From contig NC_134029.1 of NCBI RefSeq assembly GCF_964204645.1, forward strand, positions 1,736,001-1,800,000: a stretch of 64,000 nucleotides of DNA, given 5' to 3'. Made by a program: the position numbers and the translations under genes. Source of the stretch: Tubulanus polymorphus (lineage: Eukaryota; Animalia; Nemertea). Positions 44,354 through 58,383 of the stretch are shown in pieces. Numbering within the stretch: the stretch's first letter is position 1; each line of letters starts with the position of its first letter. Under the pieces are notes generated by a model. That model saw only the letters and a list, made by a program, of their open reading frames with translations, was not told the DNA's origin and searched no databases.

Positions 44354-47146
44354 TCAATTGGCTTTGATTATCATAGTTCCGAGTGGAACTGAACTTCTTT
44401 GTAGTTTTCCTCCATCGATTTCATAACGTTTCGACGATTTAGGCGTAAATTGTTCGATGTGTTCAGTTGAGAAGAGATAATTGTTTGAGACCGGAGGCAA
44501 AATGTGCGAGTCTTTTAACTATAAATAGAAAAAACAAAAACAAAAACTTTATAATTCTTCATTCCACCAGAGAAAAAAATCCATTCATCAAAAATAGAAC
44601 TAGAATCTCAAATGTTTTGATCAAAATAGAAAATAGAATTGCGACAAATACCTTAGAAATAGCGGCTGGATTTGGAATCATTTTTCCTTGTTTTGGATCT
44701 TTGAAATCTTCTCTACTAGTAGGTTCAGTCAATTCACGTCCTAGAGACACAATACAAACAATCATTTTAATCAATAAAATACTATAAAATTCTGTGGTGT
44801 TTTAATGAGAGGAGAGTTATTTACCATAGTAAGAGAGTGGAACTGATGTATAAGATCTATGATGTCTTTGAGGTATTATATCGGGGAGTGTTAACGGTGT
44901 AAATGTGGTATCTACGGTTGTATCGTAGAATTGAGATCCGAGTCTCGGTTCTCCGAGAACCACTTTACTAAAAACACGCTTCTCTGCTCCTGATACTATA
45001 GTAGGTTTCGGGAAATTGATCGCCTACATCGGAGAAAATAATCAATATTAAAAACTGAACATGCATTCTATAGTATCATGTATTAAATGATTGCATGTTA
45101 CCTTTCCGTGGTAATATCTGTTTGTTGTCATTGATAATCTGTCGACATTACGACCCTGACTTACATCGCCTTTCGGTAAATCGCTATGGTTACGGTGGTA
45201 AGCCGGTGCGCTTCTAGAAACTGTAATGACAAAAAACATATAAGATCAATATCCAATAAAAGTCTATAGATATTTTGTGGAGTTTATGATGAGTTCAAAC
45301 TTCCAGATATCCATCAAAATATAGTAAAATATATGTACTGTCAGTATGCCTGATGATGGCTAATAGCAGCTTGAAATATAATTATTTTAATATAGAACTT
45401 TTCATTTTTGGCAGAATTTATTGTGGATTTCACTCATTATTCATCATACACGGATATTGTGTATTTTCTCGTTTCATGTTGACAACTTATCCAAATAACT
45501 TATTCTAATAGCAAAAATTGGAATGATTTCAGTAATGTGATGACTTTAATTCTCAATAGATTTTCATTACTTAGTATCATAGGTTTTGACGGTTCAAATT
45601 ACCTGGTAGATTTTTCACAGTATATGAAACACCATGTGTACTGTTATAAGCGTGATTATCGGTATGATGATCTGTCAAGCGGAAGTTCGTCTTCTGAAGT
45701 TTACCGCAGATATCTGATTTCAAATATTTAAACGGTTCAAATTTGATTTCGGCGAATGAATCGTGATGAGTCGTTGTTTCTGATGGGAAGCGAGTCTCAT
45801 CCCCTGTCGGTATGTTTGAACCGGCTCCCGGCTGAAATTAAGATTACGTCAATTTTTGAAAACTTTTGAAAAACTTTTATATCGTACAGAAACCGATATC
45901 AAAAGGAAGGTGAATTCCTGCTGAACTCACAGCTGGGAGACACTTGACTCTATATTGACTCTGGCCAGTAAAATGTTCCTCTTGAGTTGTATCAAATCCA
46001 TGTAAGCGTTTGTCCCCTTTAATTGTAGTTGATCCTTTTGGACCTGAAATGAATGCATCACCAGTTGGTTATTTCGCAATACATTTTTACACCTACTCAG
46101 TTTTGGAATGAAAGAACAACTGAAACCCCTTTCAGTTTAGGGTTCCATATATTTTTGGATCTTTCGCATTTGCGCTAGCAGCAAATCATTATCACTCCGG
46201 ATGAAAGAGTGAAACCGAAGAACAGCTGACAGCTCTGACTATGTGTCTGTGTGGATATATGGAGCAGCATTACATCAAAGCTTAGTCGCACAGTGTCTCT
46301 TCTTGAATCTATAGAACCTGGGGACAATTGCACAGTCGTGACTTAAGTCCAAAAAGGGTCTTAAATCTTAAGACTTGCTATAGAACTAAGTTGGTCTTAG
46401 ACTGGTCTTTAGTCTAAGCCATGACTATGCAACCGGCCCCTGGTCTAATACCTTAAATCTAATATCTAACCAGTGAAATTAGTAGACCAACTGAAAATCT
46501 GGTGGCTCTACTGATGCTCGAAAAGCCTTTTAAGGATTATTAAGGAAGAAATCATGTTGCAGTTACCTGAGCCTTTAATGATTCTGTTAACTCTAACACT
46601 ATTCGTGTCGTGGCCTTTAAAAAATCTTCGATAATCTGATTTCGGATTCATTTCTTTTTCTCGATCGGCGACGATGATGTGTTCGTTCATTTTCATATCG
46701 CGACCTCGAACCGCCGGATTACGATCGAAATCTTTCGGCGTAAAATACGAATCGTGAGTCGTATCGAAGGAGTTGAATTTCGACGTATCGCGGTCCATTT
46801 TAAAGTTCGTCGACTGCAGTTGTTTGGGAGTTCCCGTCAACGTCGACCGCAGCGCAAACCTCGGTAGGAATGTTGTCACGGTAACCGAGCGATTGTCGTT
46901 GAAGAAGCGGGCATCTTTATGCATGACGTCGGCGGGCTGCGATGGTTTATGCGGTGATAGTTTCCCGTATTGGACATGCGGGATATAATCCTGTTTAAAC
47001 GTGCTGTTATACAGCGACCCGTTCACCGAGCGAGCATCTTGGGAAATTTTCATATGCGACGACGACAGAAATTCAACGCCTGTTTTCGGTGGAGCGAGCA
47101 ATGGAAAATTACCGCTTTTTTTTTCTTCCTTCAACGTAACGCCCAT
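44354..47146 (-). CDS. Axonemal microtubule inner protein, SAXO5/TEX45-like (multi-exon)
   Basis: EFLSSSHMKI, repeated STFKQDY / TTHDSYF / STEHIEQF motifs, and a C-terminal LQRSSVPLGT. ATG directly follows an acceptor (tttcag|ATG). Stop TGA at 44354-44356. Confidence 0.65.
46321..46439. mobile_element. PIF/Harbinger-like MITE (119 bp) with CTG target-site duplication
   Basis: ctg|gggacaattgcacagtcgtgactta ... taagccatgactatgcaaccggccc|ctg. Confidence 0.7.
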
Positions 47147-47800
47147 CTGAAATATCGAGATTACAGATTTAGAGCAAAGGCTGAGAGGTAAAAATATATT
47201 TTCATTGACGACAGGTGATTTGATGATTGTTTTCATTCGATTCAGGAATCGAATTGTGTGTGGTGTTTTCTTCACTTACGTCTGCTTATTCTATTAATTA
47301 TTATTGTAGTATGTTTTTTGTTGGCCCTTTTGGATTGATTTCTATAATTTTATGATTCAGTTATTTCATTCAATTCACCTCTTACTACTTTCACAATTTC
47401 ACCGCTTCTACCATTCAAGCATTTTTCCAGCTGTTACAGTTTTTGCTTCATTTCAGTGTTGGCGTCCTCGGTTACCATAACATTGGATGTCTTTATAACC
47501 GTAAATTATCCAGCTGTAACCTTGACCAATTCAATTCAACTCTTTATTGGCACTATCTAAATAGGCAGTTTTTGGCAATTTTGGTAATAATGCTGTTAGA
47601 AGAATGTAATATTGCGAATTAGATTTTTTGCAGTGATGGCGTTCCATACACAACTTTAATTTTTTGCTCTATGTAATTTATCAAGGGCCAGGCTTGGTCA
47701 CTTGTATGCTATTAATTTCTAATCTCACGGTTAGAGGGCAGCACCGGTCGATAACCCGGAAATGAACGATTGAACTGAAAAACAAGTACTAAGTAGTGCA

Positions 47801-48506
47801 ATGCCTGTAAGTATGGTGTTTAAAAAGGCGCTCTTAGTCTTAGTTTGATCTTAGTTATCTATTCACAATATTTTAGCTCAAACTATCTCGGTAAAAATTG
47901 CAGATCCGCACCTCTCGTGATCGACGCAATCTGCTGAATGACAGAGAATCCAGTATTCCAGGCTAAAATCTTTCTAGTTAGTGAAGATATCTTGAATTAA
48001 ACAATGGCAATGTACTGAATTGATGAATTTTGAATCTAAAAACATTGATATTTAATGTAATTGATTGAACCGTTTACGCGGAGAGGTGCGGATCTGCACT
48101 TTTACCACTATCTGTGAATAGAGTCGGTGAATCCTCGACAAGTATTGAAGTAAATGACCAGCTCAAAAATCCTCTTTTAGAGGAACTATCCACAAATTAT
48201 TGTTGGTTCATTTTTTACAGAAACACGAATTCTCAGTAGAAATGACCTGTGAGGGTTGTTCTGGAGCAGTTGAAAGAGTATTGCGGAAGAAAGGCGAGCA
48301 ATTATTCCGGAGAGATGAGAATACAGCTTAAAAAGATTGCTACATTGTTTGTAAAATGGTTTTGATGTATATTTTCAGGGATAGAAACATTTCAGATTGA
48401 TCTTGAGAATAAAAAAGTCTTCGTAGAAACTGATTTATCATCCGATGAGATACTTGAAATTATAAAGAAAACCGGAAAAGCCACAACTTTTATCGGAACG
48501 CAATAA
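47801..48506 (+). CDS. ATOX1: Copper chaperone ATOX1; exons 47801-47806, 48221-48293, 48379-48506
   Basis: MP|KHEFSVEMTCEGCSGAVERVLRKK|GIETFQIDLENKKVFVETDLSSDEILEIIKKTGKATTFIGTQ*. MxCxxC and KKTGK motifs; a 2-codon first exon, as in vertebrates. Confidence 0.95.
47890..48106. mobile_element. 217-bp MITE, Merlin-like, in ATOX1 intron 1
   Basis: TIRs ggtaaaaattgcagatccgcacctctc / gagaggtgcggatctgcacttttacc. 8-bp TSD actatctc/actatctg. Confidence 0.7.
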
Positions 48507-50848
48507 TAAACTAATATACTGATTGGTAAATTATCGATTCAAAATATAGCTTTTAAATGTATTCGAACGCAGTATCTGACACTGAAGCTTTGTTGTTTTT
48601 GTATTTTCAGATGTGCTACATTCCTTTTGGATCATCTTGGTGCTTGTAGATGTACATGTCTCGAAATCTAAATGATAAATTTTATTATTTGATAAATAAT
48701 TTCGGAAATTCCACTGATAATTTGATATTTCTAAATCATTTTCCAATCGTGTAAAGGCTTTGTTTAAAGTTGTTTGTTAAAAAATGATTGATGAAAATAT
48801 TTTTGAATAAATGGTTGAAATGATTTGTGTCATCCTCAAGTAGAAAATTTCCATGTAGTCAAATAATGCTTAATACTGTTTGAAAAACTTTCTCTATTTA
48901 TTGGAGTGTATTGAATAAAAGATGTCAATTATGCTAAATTATCTTTACTTGTATTTTGATTTCTATTCTGGATGACCATTGAAGTTCGCAGTAGAAAAGC
49001 AATTACTCCATCCTCTTGTTGTTGCAGTGTATTATCTTCACGATTACTCAGAACTCTATTATACTGTGTAGGGTCGAGACTAGTCAAGTTATACAGCTCT
49101 CCAAATACTGAACAATGTTACGTGAAAAGGTCCACCTTGCCTCTGCATTGCATCAGAGCTCTTGACTGATAAACTTGTGGGCCAGTCATCAAGTATGTAT
49201 ATATCTTAGGGCAAATGCAATAGAGTATGAAGAAATATTTTTCATATATAAATGTTTATTGCCACAGATTTTCTGTCCATGATACACTGATACATATACC
49301 TTATTTCTATCGATAGTACATGTAAATTTGACAACAACATTTACTAAAAGACTAGAATATTTTGTATCACAGATAATTCCTGTGTAACTATAAAGAAATG
49401 TGAAAATAGATTCCACATGTTCAGAAGCTAAAATGGTCAGGATCTCAATAGAAAAAGGAAATCAATTCCAATGATACCAATACAGTATATTGCATAGCTA
49501 AATAAATAATCAAGCCATCTCTGCAAATATGTATCTCTCCAGAGCATTTTCTAAATAAAAGAAGCGACACAAACAGTAAGAGGTGAGATGAGACCCGGGT
49601 TATTCTGTATCGTACGAATGATTCAATAATTGGAACAGTACGTAGGATATTATGCTCCATTTCATCAAATGAAGTTGTACATTAATACAGAGCAAAACAA
49701 AATCTTCCTTAATGAATTCTTTGAAGACAACAATATCTAGAAACTCTGCGTGCAAAAACACAAACAAAATCAATTTACAACATAAAACAGACAAATATAA
49801 CAAAAGACAGCACCTTGAGTATAGGATGAAAATATCATCATTTCAATCCGGTTTACACAAAAATGAAATGCATGAAACTTTGCAAATCTTTATCACAAAT
49901 AAAACATACATAATATAACATTAATAGCTGTATACGAATGGAAATTGATTTCAAATGATCCTTATATTTTACCTATCACTTCCCCTCTGGACATCGTTTT
50001 AATATTTGAGAGGTTTTCTTGATAATCTATCAATGAATAAAACCTGAATCAATTTCTAAAATTTGGTAAAAGAGATTTTAAATGATGATTGATTGTGCAG
50101 CAACTGTATTCATATTTTATTAAAAAATTAATAGCAACAAAATTAAATAAATTACCCTAATATCTGATCATTTTTACAAAATAGAAATAAAACTAAACAA
50201 TTCCGAGCACCACATACTGGTCCCTCAAACTCCAGCACCAAACTCTAGTTTGCCATTTCACTTTAGAATCTTGGTTACGATTGTTAAATATTGTTTTTCT
50301 GAATTCATATAAAATGAGCTCATTCAACATTAGTGACTAAACTCAGTTATTTCAAATAAATCATTCCACTGTTCATTTTCTGATAGAATGCTGCATGCCC
50401 TTATGATAGTAATTCACACATGTATCCATCAATAATGCGTTATTAAGAAAAGATATGTTTTGCCAGCTATATTTGCTATTCATGTAACTTGTACTAATAT
50501 ATATATAACTAGTCATTGATTTGTAGACGAGAAAATTATTTCATTAAAGAAACTCACATTTGGAACATGAATCTATTATTTCAAGTTTATAATGATATGT
50601 ACAGAGTTTGACTACCTTCAAATAAAGCCAACATTTGCTTGTGAACTAGATTCAACAGGTTTTTTATCAAAGTCTCCCAATTCTTCCCAGTTCTCTGAAC
50701 CACTATTTTCTTATCAAACATGAAAAAGATCTCACGTGAATAAAGAACTTTGAATAAAATACTATAAAACAAATAGAGTAGTTAACATAAATAATACAAT
50801 ATAAAACTGATGGATCTACGGCTGAACTCTTGTTATTCGCCTATTGAA

Positions 50849-53800
50849 TTAACATTGTTTTTCTATCAAGTCATCTTCATCTTGTATATCTGTGATATTA
50901 TCATCGTGTATTAATTCATCTGATGTAAGATCCTGTGTATCCGTAAACTCTTCCTCATCCTGTTTATTCTCCTCTAGTTGATCCATACAATGTTGTAATC
51001 CGGCGCAGTAATGTAACATTAAAACGGCCAACGACTGAATTTTCTCATCGGATTTTATAATCTTCTCTTTAATTTGTGATTTCTGTTTCTGATTCGACGT
51101 CTCTCGTTCGAATCTCGCTAACTCCGCCCGGTGGTCGGATTCGGCATCGATCTCATACTGAAACTTCGTTATCTGTAATAGATAAATAACCGAACAGGTA
51201 AAAAAAACTACTACCTAAAAATCTGATAATCTGAGAGAGGAAAGTCGAACAAATCTCAAACCAAATCTAAAATAAAACCTTTTCACCAGAATGTATGAAA
51301 TAGGGAAATGATGTGGCTATATCAGCGAGAGTGAATCTGCAAGAATTTCTAGAGCAGATTAAAAAGCTAAGGGCAGCAGCAGCAGCATCAGCATCACTCT
51401 ACCTATCTACACTAAAACAGATTAGTCAGGAATATCTTACACGGTGTAAACCCCGAAACCAATGTTACTAACCATATTCATATAACTGGTTATCTGAAGA
51501 AATAAATTCAATTCATTTCTTTCAAAAACATCATTCATAAATAAAATAATACAAAGTTGACAAACGATCCCGCAACTGATATCTTGCAGTTACCGTACTA
51601 ATCTACTGGTTTTGAGATTAATCTTAATCTCATCATCGGAGAAACAGTAATCTTATACTCATGTTCATTTGTGAAATGACGTACCATATTATCAAGTTTT
51701 TCTCGACGTTCTTCAGGAGACATGTGTGAGTATAGTTCTTTACCCATCTGTTTGGCAGCTGTGACGACCCTTTCATCATTATCATGAGACGTTTTACGAT
51801 AATCTTTCATAATTTGTAACATCATCGCTTCTTCCTCCTCATCGGAGCTGTCCGTCATCAACGAGTTTTCACCAGACTAGAAAAACAATAAAAAATCACT
51901 TGATGAATCAATAAACAACATTAGCGCAAATTATGTTGTAACTAAAATAATCAGCTTAACATTCTATGAATTCGAACATGAATTTGTCTTCATTGATTTG
52001 TGTGTTGCTTGATTAGAAAATTGCGAGAAAGAAGATTCTAGATTTTTGGTGTCAGTTATCTAGAGATCTAGATCCAGTTCCACAGTTCTAGATTAAGTTT
52101 GACTAAAGAGCTAAATGAGTTGATTTGTGATGTTTCACACCTCGAGCCAAATTCTAACCAGAAACTATAGATCTGGATACCGATGACGGTTGAGACGATT
52201 CTGTTACAAACCTCTTTATTCAAGAAATCCTTAGTTTTCAGCGCATCTTGTTTGATGAGTCCCTCTAGCGATGTGGATGATCTCGTTCGTGGAACTGTAT
52301 CTGGTATATTGAGTGTAGAATGTTTATTAGGAATTGCTTGATCGTCTTTAGTTTCTAGAACCAGTATATCATCGGTTGAAGAAAGGCGTTTGTGACGAGC
52401 GGACGGAGACGGAGTTTCACAACGTTTCTTCAGATCTTCTTTATTGCTCGTTCCTTAAAGAAAACCCGATACGATATAATACAAACCACACCCGGTAATT
52501 AAAACACTAAGATTTAGTCCAACACAATTATATATAAATATATGTACCACTACATTCTAACAATACACGCTTTTCATTTTGCACTGAGTTTGATCTACAT
52601 AAATAACATGATCTTCCTAAGGATTTTGTCTTGATAAGTGATATTTTAAGAATGAATCTTACCGGCAGATTTTGTTCTTCCAAATTTAGGTGATTCTCTG
52701 CGCGTAATTCGAGAAAATAAAGCGGCTGATTTCTGTGCGATGTGTCCTCGAGCAGCAGGTGGCGACACCGGTTTATCCTCGGGTTTTATGTCTTCTTGTT
52801 CGACAGCCGGTTCAAATGGAAACTTGGGCAGTGGACCATCCCTATAGTAATCATATTTTGATATTCATGCATATTGCAGCAAGGTTTAAAGTCTAGAAAG
52901 TACAACTATGATTTAAACTTACTTTGTACAAAGCGTTTGTTTCTGGCATTTCTCGGTACATTTCTTATGACAGATCATAGCACAAATACGACACTGGAAT
53001 GCAGTCTTCAACCAGATCTGAAAGTTACAGCATGTTTCAATGCAATGTTTGTTCAGGGAAAGAGATTATTTATCTATGTTAGATGAGTCATTCCTCACTG
53101 ACCTTTTTAGCACAGAAATGGCAGTAAGTAGCGGAATGAAATTGAGTTCCTATAAAATCATGTCTTCCTTCAACAATAGCACTGTAACATAAAGAACGCA
53201 GAAACTGATTAAGTGTAAACTGATACCGACCATCACTCGTACTCTAACAACCAGTGATTCTAAATCTCTCAGTGATCACACACTTTGATAACTGTTAATA
53301 TCCCGCGTTACCCTAAGTCTTACATGAAATTACAAACACTGAAACTACAGACAGGTAAATGGAATCTAGATTCTAAACTATTTCTATCAAAAATATATTT
53401 TGATTTTTGTCCATTCAATGAAAATACATGCGCGACTATGGAATTCTATGTGGATTTGTCCCGATAAAACACTGTTTAATATCTAACATCGATTCTACCT
53501 TAAACCTTTCTGACGTAAAGACATTTGGCCACTCAAACGCTTCACGAGTGAAGCCACCTTTTTATGACTGAAATTCATTTGAATAAATCAACAGAACTGT
53601 TGAGTTTCATACATCAAGTCTTGAAATTTCTCCAAAAAATATCTTGAAATTTCTCCAAAAAATATCCGTTCTTACCGTTTTCCCTGAGTATCGCCGTTAG
53701 ACAAGAAATTCGTTGTATTATCGTCTGTCGTTGTTGTCATGGTTAAATCGTCAGTATCAGGCGACAGTGTTTTTTTAGGAGAGGACGAGCGTTTGTTATG

Positions 53801-56800
53801 AATCGTATCTTTAGCCTGTACCGGGGTAGGTTTATGTAAGAACGCTAGTGTTATATCGCCGTGGCTGATTTTCTCATCAAATCCCGGATGAGACGAAATC
53901 GAATTTTTACTTCGACTGAAAATACAATGTGGTAAACATGAGAATATTCTATAAATATGACCCTCTGTTCTGTTTGCTTAAAATCTTGAGAAATAGTAAG
54001 ATTATATAGGAGGAACTTTTTCCGTTAAAAGTAGACATTGATTCTAAACAAAATCAGCCCGATCAAAGAGAACACAGATTGAAATACCCGTGCACAGATT
54101 AAGACAATGATTAAAGATTATGATGCATGTTATTCGTATGTTACTCGGGTAAATGATAATAGAATCTGACAGAAAAAGGATTAATCTATTATTACTATCG
54201 CCTCAACCACAACGAAAAGACCCTTCATTACCACAACCCCTAAATAAGGGACATTATACGGGATGTTAGGTTGCGAGTTTAGTTGTTAAATAGAGTACAT
54301 GTAACCTCTGAATACTTACAAACGATTTGCTAAATCTAAATATTGCCTACAAATATTTCACAATACATTCAACTGAATTCTGTTTGTTGTTGTTTTACAT
54401 AGAAACGAAAGTTAAATCCGAGAGTGAGAAGTGAGAACATTACCTCGCGCCGGCTCTGCCCTCTGGTGGAGATAGGTAGTATGATTTCTGAGTATCACCC
54501 TGTAGAGTCGTTAAACATTCAGTAGCTATATCCATCAGTGGTACGCTTATCTGTATATATATACATGATTCAAATTAGAACAGAAATCTGTAACTCATTT
54601 CACAACTTACAACGAGTGATCGATTGACTTACATGTCCGAGAAGTAAATCTTTCTGCGGTTTTATAATGCGTGATTGTTTATCTAATTTCTCTGGAGTTC
54701 GATACCAAACACAAGCGTTCAAATATTTATGGTGATCTTCGACATCAAACAGAAACTTCTCGTCCCAAAACGGCGTCTATAATAGAATTAGGAGGGATTC
54801 TTACATCGGAAGTTTTTAGAATTATCGATATAAGCGTAGTAATATCACAGACCTGCGCGACTGATACAAGTCTTGTTTTCTTCAGTTCAATTGTTCCTAG
54901 AACGTCTAAACTGTTATTACTAGGTGGATCCGATAATTTAGCGCTTGATGAATTTGTAGGTATTTTAGGATCACGTTTATTCGGTGAACCGCTATCAGAA
55001 CCATTTGACTGCAATCAGAAATGTACGAGGTTGTTTTAGTGATTAACACCGTTGCCACTTTTCCCCGTTTACAAATTCCCAAAGATTTCAATGTTATGAC
55101 ACAAAATTCCTCAAGTGAATCTGTCACAGGTTAGATGAACATGTTATATATAATTCATTCATTTTTTCATGAATCACATGGAGCTAATCAGGATTTTGCC
55201 AGGATGTTCAAGATTCTCGAGTTTCCAAGTTTTCTAGTTCAGTGACCACTTTTGAGTAACAGCAGTAACTACGGGATTGAATGAAGGAAACGAGTGAAAA
55301 CGTACCGCTTTCCTTCCTGGAACCTCGATAGACCCATCACTATGAACTCTTCTGTCTCTCATTAACTCTGAGTTCTCATCGTCTAAAGACGCTAATAACC
55401 GACGACTCGGTTCCGGACTTCCTCTTGGCGACGCCGATGGACTTCCTTCAAACGACGGAGCCTCACGAGATCTACGTCGTTGGAATAAACCGCCACCTGC
55501 CGACAGGAATGAAAAGCTTTTTCGTTCGCGACTGGGAGTACGTTTCGGAGATGATGATTGCGTTTCATCGGTGTGAGATCGAACTGTTATATTTATATAT
55601 TCTTCATCCGTATTCCCGGCTGTATCTTCAGTATCAGCAGCACTTGTATTTACACACTCAGTATCCTGCATAATAAACACAACTATTTTAGTATCTTATC
55701 TTTTTTTCATTAGATTTAGATAAATCCTCGAAACCGTCGGATTATCAAAATTCAAGATATCATCAATCGTCGGAGCGTTCATTATCTTCAACACAAGTTT
55801 ATTCTTCATGGCTATAAATGATAACAGCAAATACAGACAGATGTAAATGAAACAAACCCCGAGCACCACTCGATCTTCATCGACGATTATATCGTGAAGT
55901 TGTTGTCTTGGAATCGCTGCTCTTTCAATACGCACAGAAAACCTACAAAAACGATGCAATCTAGAAGTAATCGATGATGATTCACTGTAGGTCTGTATTT
56001 TAATGATGATACTAGCAGTATTTTTATGTGATATACCGGTACTAGTAAGTTAAGAGGTTATATAATTGACATACTTATCTCCTGCTGATTTCATTAATTT
56101 AACGGCTTGTTTAGCTGAAGTAACTCTAACACCATTCACTGCGATCAGTACATCATTCTAAAATCAACAATTACAAAATATTCAGTTCCCATAAACTAAA
56201 TCAATCATCTAATAATCATGAGAAGATGTTCAAGTTCATACCTTGCGTATATCGGCATCACTAGCGGGTGAGTATGGAGTTACTGTTTCAATCATCACAA
56301 CTTCTTCATACTTATCCAGTAAGAATTCCTAATAACACGAAGCATGTTTCCATGAAAAAATAACCGTACTTTAGATTTCTTTGGACTGAATTTGAAACTT
56401 ACTTCTTTGAAAACTAAACCTAAACTCTGAGCAGCTCCACGAAATATATCAACATCTCGCGTTATCCATAGTTTACGTCTGTTACTGACTAATTCAACCC
56501 AGCGTAATTTATCTAAAAATTCACACGAATCCAATAATACGCCTGGTATAGTGAGAAACTAGTCTTCAATATTTCCACTAGTCTGTACTTACCTAAAGCT
56601 AATGTACAATATATTTTACAATCCGGTGGTACTTTCATTAATCTACTACATTCTAATACTGTCACTGTTAATTGTCCGACGCTAATCTTACGTCCAAACA
56701 TATATAAATCTTGCACAGACGGTGGGATTGACGGTTTGGTAAAAAGAGGGTTAAACCGTATCTTATAGTTGGGTAGAGTATGTTTCTTACGTATGGAGCG

Positions 56801-58383
56801 ACGAATCTGAAAAATCGAATGAAAAAATCGAAAAAAATTCAAATTCAATTCTAGAAAGTTTGAATCTAAAATGTTTGAATGATTTTTTACCTGATTGATA
56901 ATAAGAGACGTGATTTGTGGCATCGGTCGTCCCTCAAATTGTGAATCCACATCAAATTCTAACAACGGCTCCTAAATTGAAAACACTGAGTAAATGAACT
57001 AGAAATATTCAGAGGGTTTGAAACGTCGTGTCAAATTTTTGATTAAATAAATTTGTGGTTTTAAATCTGTACATACATCATCCATTAAACTAACACTCAC
57101 CTCAATGAATGAAAACGACCAATGAGTGAAGGGAATACGCGATAACTGTAACCGTATTGCTCCGCGTAGCTGAGATACTTTAATAGATAAATATGCAGAC
57201 TTCCCGAATAAAATATCAACATCGACCGCGATTTGAAAACCTCCGCGATACTCGATATCAGCAAGTATTTCAACCTCCTTTAATATAGATATTAAGATAT
57301 TTCAGAAAATGAACAACACGATAACAACTTTAAAACTCGGGTATCAGCTTCACTTACTTCAATTCCATGATTATCAGCTTGAGGAACTATGTTTTTGACA
57401 CTAGTGTGTTTTATCACTGGGAATGTCGGACCTAACGTAAAATCTCGAACCTACGACAAGAGAAAAACAACATTCAGATTAATGTGATTAATATTTCATG
57501 TTAGAAAATTATAGTTCTCTCAAATTATAGAAATGTTTACCATGATCTGATCAATCAGTTTTCCAGTTGTTGTTTGAAGCATTTCTTCAAATTCAACATT
57601 CAATTTCTGAATCATCCAACTACAAAAGATAAGAACGTAGAAATTAACCGTTTAATAGCAGCAAGAGAAATGCTAGTCTAGAACCGTCGGTTGTAGGGAA
57701 CCGCTAACAATAACTGGTATTCAGACTAGAGAAATGCATGAGTTGATTAATTTACTGGTACTGGTCACTTTCCCCCATTTCCAAAAGATTTTTCCCTCAT
57801 TTTTCTAGATTTGTCTGATTGTTCCTTCAAGTTTTTTATGCTTTTCAGGTCAGTCGTCACCCTGCTATTAAATCCATACCTCCGTATGCTATCGGTATCT
57901 TTCAGTTCAGCGAATAGAAATTGTAGCAATAAATTCAAACAAACGCAAGAATCTTTCTTATTGCGTAAATCAGCGTCATCAAACAGTTCCTTAATTTCCT
58001 GTAAAATATCGCATAAATTTCTAATTGAGACTGTAAGAATGAATATAGTGATATTTCTAAAAATCGACAAGGTAGAAATTAACCATGCGTCATGAATAAA
58101 TATGCTCGTGTCAAACCCACGAAAACCAAAAAGTTTTAAAACACTGAGATATCGATCAAAAACTCTAAATTTTTGGATATTATAAAACTGTTGGCTTTTT
58201 TTCATTATAGGTCTGACCCTAATTTCTGAGACTCACCCGAGGCAAAATGAATCTTTCAAATTGATCATTAACTGGTTTTTCTCGTACTGGTAGAGTTATG
58301 TAATAGCGCCTGATGAAGTATGCCTGTACAGCGAGGGTTAGAATGATACCTACTAACACTGATAGCAGTATTAATAGAAACAT
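50849..58383 (-). CDS. PDZD8: PDZ domain-containing protein 8 (TM, SMP, C2, PDZ, C1, coiled coil), multi-exon
   Basis: N-terminal TM MFLLILLSVLVGIILTLAVQAYFI. SMP segments CVCLNLLLQFLFAELKD, PFTHWSFSF and FEGRPMPQITSLIINQIRRSIRKKHTLPNYKIRFNP. C1 HDFIGTQFHSATYCHFCAKK|IWLKTAFQCRICAMICHKKC. C-terminal AVLMLHYCAGLQHC. Confidence 0.93.
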
